This document shows positions 36,311 to 50,800 of a stretch of DNA of 64,000 bases, piece after piece (the first letter of the stretch is position 1; each line of letters begins with the position of its first letter). Position numbers and translations under genes: made by a program. This DNA comes from Oculina patagonica (Eukaryota), in assembly GCF_052425735.1 (NCBI RefSeq), contig NC_135762.1, positions 10,540,001 to 10,604,000 of the forward strand. The letters are read 5' to 3'. The notes below the pieces were generated by a model that saw nothing but the letters and a program-made list of their open reading frames with translations, ran no database searches and was not told the DNA's origin.

Positions 36311-38784
36311 GATTTACACAGTACGATTTTGCCGCATGCGACATGCTTACGACAAGCTTGACGACACGAATTGTGTCGTGTAAATCGAACCATGTCGTAG
36401 GCCTGTCGTAAGGATGTCGGATGCGACAAAGTCGTACCGTGTTATCGGCCTTAACGTGTAGAAAAACAGTGACGTCTGCTACGAGCATTTCTACAAAAGG
36501 AGATCCGACAACAAGAAGTTCTGGATTTTACTCTGCGTTATGTGGTTCCCCGGCTACATTCAAAAGTTTCATGAATTGTGTAAGTTGCGGTTTGTTTCTG
36601 CAACCATTGGTTGTCGGTCTATGCTTGACGTCGTCAAGTTGTATTTGACCTTCATTCCTTGTCGTTTGTAAACATCAGAACAAAGCAATAACCTTTATCA
36701 CGTTCTTGCGTTTGCTACGCAACCTCCAAATCCACCCCCCCCCCCCCCCCCCCGCCTCGCCACCACCACAAACACCAATTAATATCACCATCGTCACCCA
36801 AAGAAGGCCACCTACAGAAAGAATAGTCGCAAAATTCAAACGAACAAAAGTTATGCAATTAAATGGCAAACAAAACTGGTCGTGAGACAAGGGAAAAAGA
36901 AGTCACGGCCGAGTAAAAATGGAAGTCGTGGTGCTGAAACAAAAATTAGTCGGAAACCAATGATCATGATAGAGGTCTTGGACCAAAATAGATGTCGCGG
37001 GCGGAAAAAAAGTCACGAAGCAATAAAAGAAGTGGCGTTGTGAGAAAATAAGTCGCCGGGGGAGCATAAAAAAGAAGCCGCGTTTTCAAATCTGCAGCAA
37101 ATTTCCTCGTTGTCAGACTTTTTAAGAAAATAGATCGAAGTGCATCCTTTTTCGGTGTTTGTGAGTTGACTATTCCTGGCCGGTCTTTACTTGATACAAG
37201 TTCATCGGCGAGTCACGTTTTCATTAGCTTGCTCAGGAACTGAACCGGGGGGTAAGATCATCGGAAGGGTTTACCTAGTGGAAATTGGCGAATGTTCCTA
37301 ACATTTCCTGCTTTAGTTCGTTACAAGAAATAAGATGTGCGGTAAATCACTCACTGGACACACACAGTACAGAATCAAAATACGGGGCTTAACACTTAGT
37401 TCGTGGCCAGTTTGAGCAATTGTTTTACATAAAGACTTGCTTTTTAATTCAGTGTCTAGCTTGTTCCATGCTAAAGGCTGGAAATGGCAAAAGAAACACG
37501 CGAATAAAACTCAGGAAATTTCGCTTTAAGCTCGCGCGTTAAATGTGGCCCATTAAAAACCACAAGGAGAACGGAATTTGATTCATCGCAACCCGGTGTT
37601 TAAGCCATCTTTTTTTAGTTTTGTCAGTGCATATAATATATTCGAAATTCGAAGCTTCAACAAAGATTTTGTTGTCAATTAATTTTAGATCTTCAGTTGT
37701 CTTATTCTTATTTTCATTTATAAAAGCTTATTATTTCGACGGCTTCACAGTTTGAGTCGGAGCTAGTCAGCTCACGATTCTGATTTCTGAGAATACACGA
37801 AAAATGAAGAAAATTTTAAAAATGCGTGGTTCATTATACAGCTGATCAAAAATAATCAACTGCTGGTCAGTCACCATAAAAAAGAAAACGTATTAAAAAA
37901 ACCAAACGGCAATACCTACCCGCACCTTGAAAGTTAAAGCTCTCTCAGTTAGGAATGATGAAGAAATTGGGAATATACAACTCGATTATCGACAATTCCA
38001 CTGTAGCCGTGGGCGAAGATCAACTGAGATTGTGTGGTCAGACCACTCGCACTTATAGAATAAATTCAACCAAGTCGTGATTAAAATGAATCAGACTGAA
38101 GAATCAGTAGATAAACACGTTTTTCTCTTTTGTAAACAGAGATTGTTTTTCATTGTACAAGTCATCAAATACCGGGGGGGAGGGTGTACAAATGTTTAAT
38201 TAAAAGAGGGAGGATCCGCTTCGTGGTCCGAACTCTTAACCATTTATACCATGCCATTTTGAAGAAAAAGATCTATAGAAAATGGGAAATCCTTTTACAT
38301 ACGTAAAGTAAACACTACATTTCTATTCTTTACCCCTAGAGTTAGATTATTCCAAGTCGCTCGTTTCAACCGTGTAGTCCATGATAGGGAGATTCCCTCC
38401 CCCGGAATCACGACGTCAATGTTCCGTGCCAGAGTTGTTGATATGTAGAATAGTTTGAAGGTGTTTGTTTTTAAATGAAAAAATAATTCGGCTTTTTTTG
38501 ATTTGTGAGTTTAAAGTCAATATGCAAAGTCTATAAAACAGCTTTTCATTGTTTAGCAAAAACCAATGGTTTTTGAAAAGGGATCATACTGGCTCTGAAA
38601 ATATTTCAGATTTGGCAATCTTCAGTTCGCAACATGATCAATCTAATCTTGTTTTCAATTTAGTTATTTTTTTAAAGACAGAACTTTTTTACTGCTATTT
38701 TTGGACGTATGCGAAAAAGTTCTTTTCAAAATACAACATTGTTTATTTAGCTTTATTCGTGTTTTGATCTCATTTGTCAAATGA

Positions 38785-39330
38785 AATAGCATTTTGTTTA
38801 CTTTCGTTGTGATTGAATTGTACCCTGTGAAGCCTTCAAACAATATACTAACAACATTGTATAGAATTTTGAAAAATGCTTTTAGTCCGTTTTCATCACA
38901 TTTGCTCAGTTGTCTAGCTTTACAACTCCCACCTGCAGAGCCGTTAATTAGTACATTTTTACATATAAATGAAAACTTGTATATTGTATTCAGCACATGT
39001 TATTTTCGTAAGGGTGTCATGACATTTGCCTTGAAGTACATCACGTCCTTTGAAATATTTTCTATTCTTGTACTTCTTTCCATTTTAACGAAATAGCGTT
39101 TTGTTTACTTACGTTGTTATTGCACACCATTGTGAAGACATCAAACAATTTACCTATAACTTTGTATAGAATTTTGAAAATAAGAAAATGCTTTCAGTCG
39201 TATTTTACGTTTGCTTAGTTGTCTAACTTTAAGCAGTTCACGAATATTTTTTTTACATATGAATGACTTTTGTAAGGATTTCGTGTCATTTGCTTTGTTT
39301 GGATTGCATCACGTCCTGGCGAATCATTTT
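38785..39330 (+). repeat. Diverged ~306-bp tandem duplication
   Basis: aaatagc.ttttgtttact..cgttgt.attg ... ttgtatagaattttgaaaa ... tttgct.agttgtcta.cttta ... catcacgtcct starts at both 38785 and 39091. Confidence 0.75.
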
Positions 39331-40252
39331 CTTCTCCTTCGTTTTATTTTGTATTTCACTGCTTTAAACTCCTGAAATATGTATCAGTAACTTATTTTCA
39401 GCTGCTTCTGATATACAATAGCAAAAAGAAACAATTACAAATGCAAGAAAAGTAGAGATAAGAAAACCTCAAAGTAAACATGGAATATTGCATGAACATC
39501 TTATATCAATTGAATATGAAATATTTTATTATAAAAAAGCAATAAATAAATCGAATTGCGTAAACCACAAAGCAGTTTACTTTAAAGTGTAGTGCTGAAG
39601 ATTTTCCTTCCGATTTTTCTGTACTGATTTTAAAATTTCATTTCCATTTTGCTGCTATTCGTCGCTGTCTAAGATATTGGCTTAATTTTCACAAAAAAGT
39701 TGTTAGTGACGGATGTTTGTTTTCAGTTTTATTTCTTGATCAAACATTCAATGACTTTGTGTTACTTTAGGGAAATGTAAAAAATCTTCAACAGTACATA
39801 GAATTTACATCATGTTGACATGTAATTAAGCAAACGTTTTCTTAACTTTTATTTTGTTTTGCAGAAACAGTGGCTGTCATCTCTGTATTGCTCCAGGCAT
39901 TTTATTGTAGCTGAGTCAAAGAACTCAAAGGATATTTAATATGGTAACGTTAAATAGTTCCTGCTACAGTGTTACCTCGATATGACGGAAGGGCCAAAAG
40001 GGACCGCTCTGGAGAAAAGCAAACATTTCTAGCCAAGGGCGCTGCACTGAACAACACGGCCCGAAAAATTGATTAATCACAGCTCGCGTACTATCTAGCT
40101 GACATCTTTCTGCGGAAACACCTCCTAGCCGCAGGCGTTCCCTTACCGCTTACGCGATTGGCGCGAAATTTTATGACACCACCAAATAACATGGGTTCGT
40201 TCTATCGCCGACAAGTACCCATTCCCAGGCCCTGACATGAACTTCGTGCTTA

Positions 40253-40482
40253 GGGACGGACCATTATTTTCTTGGAGAGGGGGGGAGAAAAATTTTCCTC
40301 TGCAAACTTTTTTTTTTTAGTTTATGCACCTCTGCAAACATTTTTTTTTCGAAATTCTTACTATTTTTTGTTATACATATCGTGTTTGTAAACAATTTAT
40401 TTTGTCTTTCCAGGCCCTGCAAACAATTTTTTTCAATATTTTTCATTCCCCCCCCCACTCCAAAAAAATAATGGTCCGTCCC
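40253..40482. mobile_element. PIF/Harbinger MITE
   Basis: TTA|GGGACGGACCATTATTTT ... AAAATAATGGTCCGTCCC|TTA. Confidence 0.88.
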
Positions 40483-40676
40483 TTAGCTGACGCAAAAGGA
40501 GCTGGAAAACTCACATTTCCCGCTTCAGCCCAAGTTCCCCGAGCTGCTAGCAGGCAATAGCTGTCGGTCCTTGAGACAGACCAATGGGAAACGGGAAATG
40601 CCAAGGAAAAAATGATCCTGTTCTCTTATTTAGAAGGAAGGGGGGCCCTAGGAAATTGGTTTACCCAGAGACCCAA

Positions 40677-40714
<38 letters not shown>

Positions 40715-41849
40715 CGCGGGGTACGTATAGGTTTCTGATTAACTATTTCTTGGAAACCTCAGTTAAATTCCGTGGAATCAAGGAGGGGGTGGTCGAGCAA
40801 GGAGTCAAACTACGATCAAGCAGACTGAGAAAACGTTTTTTTTTTATTGATATTACTTTTTAACAATTTATACAAATGCATAAGACCTGACGCTTAACAC
40901 GCCATTAATTTAACTTACAAAACTAAGATACACTTCGTGTCTGTACGGACATCGAACATTTGTAAGGCGGAAATAGGCCACTTGCATTATGAAGACCACC
41001 TTTCCGGTGGACGGGAATGAAAAGACAGTTCTTGAAGATATCTTACAACTGACTTATTAACGCGCGCAAATCGACCATCCTAAGTTACCTCAAAAGATAT
41101 CACATATGGATCAGTAGTTACTTATTTCACCAATTGTGTGTAAACAATCCAAAAAAATCGATTTTTCACACAACGCTTGTACACAATACTATGACATTTT
41201 AGTTCAAAATCTTTGTCGAGATTCTCCAGCTTTGATGGGTGAAGTTATTTCAAGAAAAAAGAACAAATATCTAACACCAGCTTGTTTCTAAACTATAAAA
41301 TAAAATACCATTTGCACATACATTTACGTATTATAAATATATTTTAGCTTTTTTATCAATAAAGCACGAGTACATTTTTGGGGGTTAGCAATCTAAACAG
41401 AGCGTTCTTTATGACTTTGTTAAGCTAGTACATAAAGTGTTTAGTTTGCTCTCGCTTCCCCAGTCTTTGCTAACTGTCAATTCTTTGGTATTTCTTTACC
41501 TTAGTTAACTATAACTGTAATGTTAATCCTGATTCAATTTGAAGATAATTTCTTTGTACACTGTAAAATGATGTACTCGCAAGTCACCCAGGGTTCTGTA
41601 GCACGAAGCGACAGGTTGAAAAGAGAGAAACTGTGGGAGTAAAGTGTCTTGCGCACGAACATAAAACGCCAAAAACGGACTTAAAGGCAACGGACAACGC
41701 GCCTCCTTCCCTCTCCAGGAATTTAACCTTTCATGCTTTGAATGCTACAGAATGTTGGGTCTTAGAAAACGTTTCAGCGTATGGACCGTAATATCATATA
41801 ACGAGCACGATAATTATAAGAATAACAAAACAGTGAAAGCAGTTCACTG

Positions 41850-44800
41850 TCATTCAACAGCCGTCACTGAGTTCAGCTGTAACAGGAGCTGCTGACAGTC
41901 TTGCAGGGCTCGCTTGTCGCCAATTTTCTCCAGAGAGGTGGCAGCTTCTACCAGCATCTTCTTTCGCTGACATGGTCCTGACAGGAACGGTAAGGGCAGA
42001 TGCCGACAAGCCATCATCAGAGCTGCTGCCTTCTCACGCTCGCCTGTTACACACGTGCTTTCTTCTTCATCACCTGTTAAATCAAAATGGAAACCTTTAG
42101 AGACATGTAGTTTTTTTTGTTTTTTTTTTTTCTTGCCATGTGCAAAGTGTTTTTTTTTTTATCAAAAGAAATGTGCTTTTTTAGTTTGCTAAGGTACATA
42201 AACACTAAATACGTATTAACAAACCAAAAAGGAACGAGGATGGTTAAGATGGGCGAAGATTGAGACGGATATGAACGTCAAAAGGGTAAAGGTAACACAT
42301 TTGGGGGAGCAGGAGGCGGAGTGGCCAGGAGCGCTATCGCCTCCCACCAATGTGCCCGGGGTCCCGACCCGACGTCATGTGTAGGTTGAGTTTATTGTTG
42401 GTTCTCGTCCTCGCTCCGAGGGTTTTCCTCCGGGTTCTCCAGTTTTCCTCCCTCCACAAAAACCAACACTACTAAATTCCGATTCGATCTGGAATCAATT
42501 CAGTGGGATCGGAAGAGCCACTATGTGGAAGATGCCACGTTAACTTCCCATTCTATTATTATTTTATTCATCGGCCGACTGTTCGCCGATAGTTTGCTTC
42601 GATCGCTGTACCTTCATCTTCAGGCTGGTGTCCTTTGTGATGACGTGAAGTTACCACTCGCTGCCTCAAGGTGCTCCTCTGTAATAAGTGGTGGGTCTCT
42701 GTTGGGTTTGCCCCCGCCATCAGACGAGCTACAGCTTCGTATAAATAAAGCTGTAAAAGAAAAAATACACCACTACATTAATCATACATGAAGTCTCTTT
42801 TGTGGCGCAGAACATCGTGCAAGAAAACGTCTTTGATGGTTTTTCATAGTCTACTAGAGCAGTTTTCTTACGTTATTGCCTGTCCTCAGACCAAAAATGA
42901 ATACAATAAATGCCATTAATAAAGTGGACCAGAGAAGGAATAGAAAACACCACCGCCGTGGCAAGCGCGGGATATCGCGCGTAAGTCAAGTCCCAAGCAA
43001 CAAACAGTTTAACTACGATTCGAGCCTTACATTGTTTTTGTTAAAAAGCCGGTAATATACTAAGGAGTAAGCTTTCATCCACAGATTTAAAAGGATGAAC
43101 CACGTTACAGTTGAACCTTCTGGAACCAGAAAAAAATGTCTGCTTAGGAGAGGTGTGCGCTTTAGAGAAGTTTAAAATGCAGTGCTTGTACATGTGGCTG
43201 GGACCACGACCAAGTGTTTGCTTATCAGAAGTTTTACGTTAGCGGAGGTTTAACTTTGCTCAAAGTAAAACCTTACCCTTGGCAGAGCTGCAGGAAGGTT
43301 GTGAGTGAGTTTCTGCAAACTTTCAAGATCGTTCTGAAACGACCGCAACTCCACTGGATCAGTTGCGAGTGTCGCACCGATGTGAGGCTTCTGTGATAGT
43401 TCCCAGATGTCTTTGCGTGTGCCTAACAGCCAATCACAGCACAGCAACTGTGCCAGCTGATGCAGCCGGCTTGCGCTGGACTGGTACAGAGAGGATGTTA
43501 GATTGATGCTCTCCTGCAGATGAAGGCCCGACTTTTTGCAAAGCTGTGTGCAGTCTTCAAGGGAGCTGGGCAGTGTGTTACCACTCAGGATTTGCTTCTT
43601 GGCTAGATAGGCTCTTAGAATGGCTTTGGCTAATGGATCCCTGGAGTTTGCCACAGGATCTCTGCAAGGAAAATGACTCAAAAGTCAATATCAAAATTCG
43701 TACTACGGATATTCTTGCATTTACTACAACTTACTTTAGGAAAGCCACATTTTAAAAATGTTGTCTTATGACTCAGACTGGGTTTGAGTAATAGGATAGT
43801 AGACACTCTAAGTCGGTGAATTTAGACACTAGACACTTGCTTTATGTGGCAATTAATTATGCCGCCTAAATAAGCTCTAGGTAAAACCTGTGATTGCTTG
43901 CAATTGTCCTGAACAGATTGTCGTAGGAATTTGAACCATGTTTTAAAAGCCTGACAGTGGTAGCATCAGACAATGTTAAATGATCAAAGTTGTACATGTA
44001 CGTGATTTGTGCTTGGTGTAAGCATTTTGCACAAGCTAGCAAAGATTTGTATGCAACAAATTTGTACCATGTAAACCAGCTCTTTATAGTATATGAGAGA
44101 TACACACAATCATATTAGTTCAACAACAAAACGTTAACTTACTCTGCATTCCACAGGCTTTTAGGGACACTTTCGACTGTACTGTAAAACCTCTCTGCAG
44201 CCTCATCTTCACCTCGCAACCAATGAACAGCCACCATCCCCACTGCCACCCACCACTTAGCTACCTGGTCATCTCCAACAGGTGAAGACATGTTTGCAGG
44301 CTTCTCACTGGTGGACGCACACTCATTCAGCATGTGTAGGTAGCTAAGTGCATCGCGGGCGCTTTCATCACCGGTAGTGTCATCATCAGTTGCACTCGGC
44401 AGTACAATGGAAGACAGTGCATAGCGAAAGAGATGTTCTCGGAAGGCTTGACTAACATGGGCAACTGGATCGGCTATTAAACAGAGAATAATGCAATTCA
44501 GCTGTTGCTGCTTTTAGCAAAGAATGAATTATTAATATTTTTGGAACATTAAACTCGTCACAAGTCAATGGGTGTGGCTTAGGGAAGTTACCTTACTTAA
44601 TCTATGTCACAGTACAGTAAAGAAGGGGTGATTTTTGCCAATGATGCACAGAGTTGTCTTTAAATCAAGGAAATCCTCAAAATAAAAGTTTAGGTAAAAG
44701 AAAAGTAAAAGAAAAGGAACAGGAATCGTTAAGTTTGGGGGACATTGAGATGGATTACAAATGACAAACTTGAAAACTTTTGGCCAAATGTTTTGAGATG

Positions 44801-47800
44801 GCCATGCATGACACAGGTTCTTTATACAGCTGTGTTAGATTCGAGCAAAGAAGACACTTCCTACTCGCCAGGCACCAAATAAAAAGGCCACCATGCAAAC
44901 CTTGTTGACAGCACAGAGCTGCTTACCAGGCACTTTAGACTAAATGTCAGGGCTGAAAAAAGTGCCATCTAGTCATCAGGGACAAGTAGATTTTATTGCT
45001 GGGTAAGTAACTATTATTTTCTTCAATTGGCTGATTGCTTTCTTCATCAACCAATTTAAGTTCTTCTCACCTTTATTGCTGACACTGGCCCACATGCTAT
45101 CTCCTCCTTTGCATGACCACCGACTGCTGACAAAGAAACGGTGACCGTGTGGTTGGAAGAGCCACTGAAGTGAAGCTGGGACTGTTGTGCCGCGGGCTGC
45201 ATAAGACGTCTGTGCCCGGCCAAGGAAGTATCTCTGAAAAAAAATAATATATATATATATATTTTAGCAAATTTATCCTCAAAATAACAGTCTTGAAGCA
45301 CTTTAGTAAAGTCACCGAGTCTGAGAAGGATAAAGTAATAGTCTGTACATAATTCCCTCCAGTGCTGTACATGAACATGTATATGGCTGCCAATATCAAA
45401 GCCCCTGAAATGAAATCACTGTGAAACAACCAATCCCAACTTACAGCGATAAAGTGAAGCCCTTCAGGGAATGAAGTCCTTATTTGAATTGCAGCTGATA
45501 CATAGATCTCTGCCAAGACATCTATGCTGATTAGTTCTCCAGCAGTCTCCGCAAGGTTCACTGCTGCTAGACCAAGAAAGGAGGAACGCCAGCCAGTCAC
45601 AGAGACATGACCTACAACAAAACAACACATTACATCAGACAGGATCTCTTAAGAATCAAAGCTTTCATTATATTTATTTTTTTCATTTTGCATCATGTAA
45701 ACAAATGCAATAGCTTTTACTGATTTACATGGCCACACATTAGGGTTTCCTTCAGACTTGAAGGTTAGTACCCCATTGTACAGCTGCCATATAAAACTAC
45801 TGCTCAACAGCTTTCAATTGAATGATCATAGGCTGGGCTTTATCCAAGAGATCGATATTTATTAAAAGATTGAGCCACATAAATTAACTCTGTCAATTTT
45901 CTAGCTTTTGGAGTGAAAGGGTTTTATTTTACTTTTCTTTTAACTTTAGTTTTGACCACACTTTACTTCAAAGTTCTCATGCCTTAGTGTGTACCATGTA
46001 CCATAGCCTGAATTGATTTATCAGAAGTTCTCACCCAAATGTCAAATCTATAGTACCTGTAAGGCTCAATTGATGTAACTGATGGTACGCCATTGCTGCA
46101 TCCTTTGCCGATATTTTGGCATAATCCTTGGTGTCAGTGCTTCCCTTGCGCAGCTTTATTCCCCCAGCAGCAGAAGCAAGCCATGTTCCAATCCACAGCC
46201 TGTGAAGGACATGGCGCATTAGCTGCCAGATCAGGCCACATGCTACGTCAAGTTTGGAAACGGGAAGTGGACGTTTCAGAGCCCTCAGGCAGATCTCTAA
46301 GTGCCGTGATGCAGAAATCATATCACCCTGGAAGGTAAAGAGAGCACAAGAGACAATTACATTGATTGTGGTCCCCAATTCATTTTTATCGGGCAAATAC
46401 ATTGTAATGCCACATCTACCTTAGCTAGATCTTCATCAGCTTGTCTTCTGTGTCTCCAGAACAGGACTGCATTATCAGAGTGTGGTCGTGTCACAGGTTC
46501 ACCAAACACAAAGATGCGTACCAGCACTGCCATGGCTATGACTGCATGAAGCAGCCACTTGAGTGCAAACAGGGCAATACTCAGCAGCCAGTTCTCCTGT
46601 TGCATAGAACTAGCACCACCATAAGCATTTAAGGTTCTTCCAGCATGTGGCCTGTCGCTTTCCACAGAGCTGGAGAAAAGCATACCTGTTTGAGCAAATA
46701 CAATGTCAGACTGTCAGTACAGTGTAAATATCAATGGGTTAAAGGGGCTAGCTTTGTCACAGATGGCACATTGTGTTCCATCTTAATGTTCCTGAGTGGT
46801 GGTGGGAGTGGTCGTGGTTTTGGTGGGGGTGGGGGGGGGGAGGAGGAGGGGGCAGGGGGTCTTTTCTTCCCACTTCTGTAGCTTTTACTCTCGGTTTTCA
46901 CCTCTTCCTTAGTAGTTCCTGACTATTTGTGCTATTCTTATTGCAAAATATTATGTACATAATGTTGTAAAAAAAATTTCTCATTCCCCCATCGTTCCCT
47001 CCGCCTCGGGAATCCTGCTTCCCTTGCTTTCTCTTCTCCTGCCTCCCATACCCTTCCCACCCCCATTCTCCTGAGCTTCTGCCCACTGGGTGGTAACTAT
47101 CCTTGTGTATTAACTCTTCTGTTCATTATTAATTCATTGGTGTTTTTCTACCTTAGGAAACCATTATTTCAAGGTTTTTCTTCAACTTTAAAAAAACAAT
47201 TTTGTCCCTCAGAAAAATGACTCAAAATATCTTTAACTTGACAAAGTCCCTTTAAGTTCATTAACAAAGCATTAGGTTACCTTTGTCCAGCTGAGGAACA
47301 ACATAACTCAGTGGGTTGATAAACAAGAACGTAAACATGAAAGCAAACAAAGCCACGCGGGTTCGATCCATCATTCCGCAGCTGCTGACAGGCAAGGTCT
47401 CCAATTTGATGTGAGTCTTGTCCTTCGTCAGAGGATCTGGTGTCGGGGGAGTCAACGGACTTGCTATAACATGACCAGGCTTGATGAGTTCTTCAATCTC
47501 ACTGGCATCTTGAGTCTGCATAGCCACTGAGTCAGTGATATCACTGTCTTCTATTATTTCCTTCTTTATCTGATGTTCCTTTTGCTTTCGAACAAGCTCT
47601 GTAATGGTTTCTGGTTGAGGAAAAGAAAACAACAGCATTTTTTTCTATTTCAACACAATTTTTTTGTGCATGTACACAATGTACCTGCCTGTTCGGTTTT
47701 GTTAACAACAAAAGCTGCACACCATAGTGCTTTGGCCTTTCTGACATTTACCTCCAAGAAAAGATACTAAAGGTACTATTAAGACTTAAACCAAGTAGCT

Positions 47801-50800
47801 ATATGTATCTTATACTTGCGTTTTCTATACATTAAACACTGATACATGTACAGCACATTCTTGCAACCATACCTCTCTTTTGCTGTGCCATCTTCAGTGA
47901 CATGTTCTCCTGTTTGAGGCGTGCATTTTCATTCTGAAGTTTTAGTATAACCTCTATTGCCTTCCTCAATACACCAGCCTTGTTCATCTGAAGAAACAGT
48001 AGTATGCAACTATTAAATATCAAACAGCAGATCAGTTGCATACTTGAGTTGCAATTTGATTTTTTTTCAAGCAGCCAAAAATAATGATGACTTGCGTTAA
48101 AAGTGTACAAGCCTAAAACTCGTCTGAAAAATTTTACCCCGACAGCATTCATTGAGTCCACAGCTGTCATCAGGGCTATTTAACAGCTCTTTGACCTCTT
48201 TCACCACCTGAATTTTTAAATATTTTCCATACCTTGGTATCTGACCCACATACAAGGTCCTTTAACTCCACGATCTTGTCATTAATACTGGTGCGGTACC
48301 GTTTCTCAATCAAATTGTGAGCTGAACGCTTTTCTGTTTTGGCCCCGCCTTGCCCCTTGGAATTTGCCAGGCGACTGATGGGGATCTTGTTAGGATCCAA
48401 GACGATGGGGATCGTAGCTGTAAGAACACCATTGGGCCCTTGAGAAAGTGTAGGCTGGATCTGTGATTGGCTCAAATCAAAAGTTCCAATGACAGTGGTA
48501 GTGGAATCTGACTTGACAATTTGTGGTTGGAGATGAGCCTAGAAGATAATGTTTCAGTTATAAAATATGAAAACTCTTCTCACTACAGAATTAAGGTACA
48601 GTTGAATGCTAACTCATTCTGTGAAGGTCAAGAGTTATTGGGATTCACATGAATTCAACTGAATTGGGATTGGGTTTATGAGAAAATGGTAGGAGGCTGC
48701 AGAGGCTCTCATGCAAACAAAAGATGTTTTTGTTACTCATATTACAACCCTCCAAGTTAAGACCACTTTAGTCACCATGGCGACCAACATTTTGGAGCTG
48801 GCGACTAAATTGGAACCATAGTCGCCAGTCTGGCGACTAAAATTGAGAAGAAGGATTGAAAGAGTGAGCTTAATTTGCGACTAAAATTTTTCACTGGCGA
48901 CCAAACTTGAGCAGTTGGTGGCCAAATGGTCACTAAGGAAAAAATAAACTTGAAGGGTTGCATGGGACTGCCTTCAACGTGCTCCTCTGTCTTTTCAATG
49001 ACAGCAGTGCTTTAGAGAAAGTAAGGGGCCCAGTTACATTTCAGCCAAAAAAGACAGTCTCCGATTGAAAAAACTGTGCCCTGATTTCAGTGATTGAGGA
49101 CAAAGCAAATTTTCTCTAATGAAGTCACTTACTTGTGCCTGTGGACTGGCAGCCTGCGAATGTGAATGAACAGGAGAAACTGGAGAACTTGGCTGAAGAG
49201 GGGATCCAGGAGTTGATGACAATGACGACACAGACCCAGGGGAGGGAACCTGTTGCTGAGGAGACAGCTGCTCTTCAGGTATCATCACCTGCTGTGGCTG
49301 CGGCATTGCTGCAGTAGTAGTCTGCTTAGGGATCACACCAAGCTGTTGCAAAAGCTGTTGAAGCAGAACATTCTGGTTTGAGGCAGGCTGGATGGCAGGA
49401 TACTGCGGCTGCTGCTGGGTTGGTAGCTGAGGTTTGGGTTGGAGCTGTGGTAGCTGGTGCTGTTGTTGTAACTGCTGCTGCTGTTGTTGTTGTTGTTGTT
49501 GTTGCTGCTGCTGTAGCAATAGCTGCAAAAGCTGAGGGGTTACTTGCGAAGTCTGTTGAACCTTTTGATTGTATTAAGAATACATACAGATTTATGAGTT
49601 CAAAAGACATCAATACAAATCTTAACAATAATACCCTACAACTGTACATGAATCAACCCCTAATGCATATAGAGCAGTGAAAAAATTTTGTTTTAATATT
49701 CAAGAACCAAATCTGTTCCTCAAAGATCAAGGAAAAAATACTCTAAAGTTAATGTTACATTAATGAATAAAATGAACATTGACCTTCACTGGACTTATCT
49801 AGACTCCGCAGTTCGCTTTTCCTCCCTACCTACATGTAATGATAATGATAATGCATGTAGCTAGGAGAGCTTCCAATTTATCTAATATTATCATTAGCCA
49901 GCAAAAAGAGATATCTATGTATGTGCATGTACATTTTTTTCATTTCATGTTTAGAGCCAAACACAAAATAATCTTGGAGATTCAGCTTCCCTGGAAAATG
50001 ATAAAAATATGATTTCAAAAACTGGTGCTGCCCTGAATTCACTCACCTGTTGTGTTACAAGTGTTGGTTGCTGGACTTGAGGTGGTTGTTGAACTGTGAC
50101 AGTGCGAGGCTGAGAAGTCGGAGCAAGGATAGATGGCTCCTGAAGAAGCTGTTCTAAAGACTTGGTATTCATAGCAGGCGGCGCCTGTTGGGTCTTCTGT
50201 CCTTGTAGTAAATTAAGGAGATACTGAGTAGCCGTGTTCTGACTCTCTGTTGTCGTGGTAACATTCTGGCTGGGATTAAAAACCTCCACTTCTTGTTTCA
50301 CTTGGAGCTGAGGTTGAAACACTGAAAGCACTGATTGGTCTTGTTGAGATGCTGCTTTTGCGAGGTAGTCTGCAAAGTTGAAAGATGATGTACAATCCTC
50401 ATCTGTGGTCATTGACTCTGGAGGTGTGATTGGTGGTGAGAGCATGACCTGCGATGGCTCAGTCTTTATGTTGACCCCAACTGTTGCACTAGTGTTTTCT
50501 GAAGTGGTGCCCGCGGTTGCTCCACATAGGTAATCCAAAAATCCCTCTGAAAACATGAAAAAAATATATCATTTAGGCACAACCCTCCAAGTTAAGACCA
50601 TTTAAGTCGCCATGGCGACTAAAAGTTTGGAGCTGGCGACTAGTTTAGAACTGAAGTCGCCAGCCTGGCGACTAAAATTGAGATGAAGGATTGAAAGTGT
50701 GAGCTTAATTTAGCGACTAAAATTTTTCACTAGCGACCAAACTTGAGCAGTGGCCACTAGACTAAGGAAAAAAATAAACTTGGAGGGTTGAGGCAAAGTT

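Noticed and set aside
40677-40714. Long poly-G run (also poly-C at ~18197 and ~36734) as a functional G-quadruplex
   Set aside because: Homopolymers are common in these repeats and their length is unreliable in assemblies.
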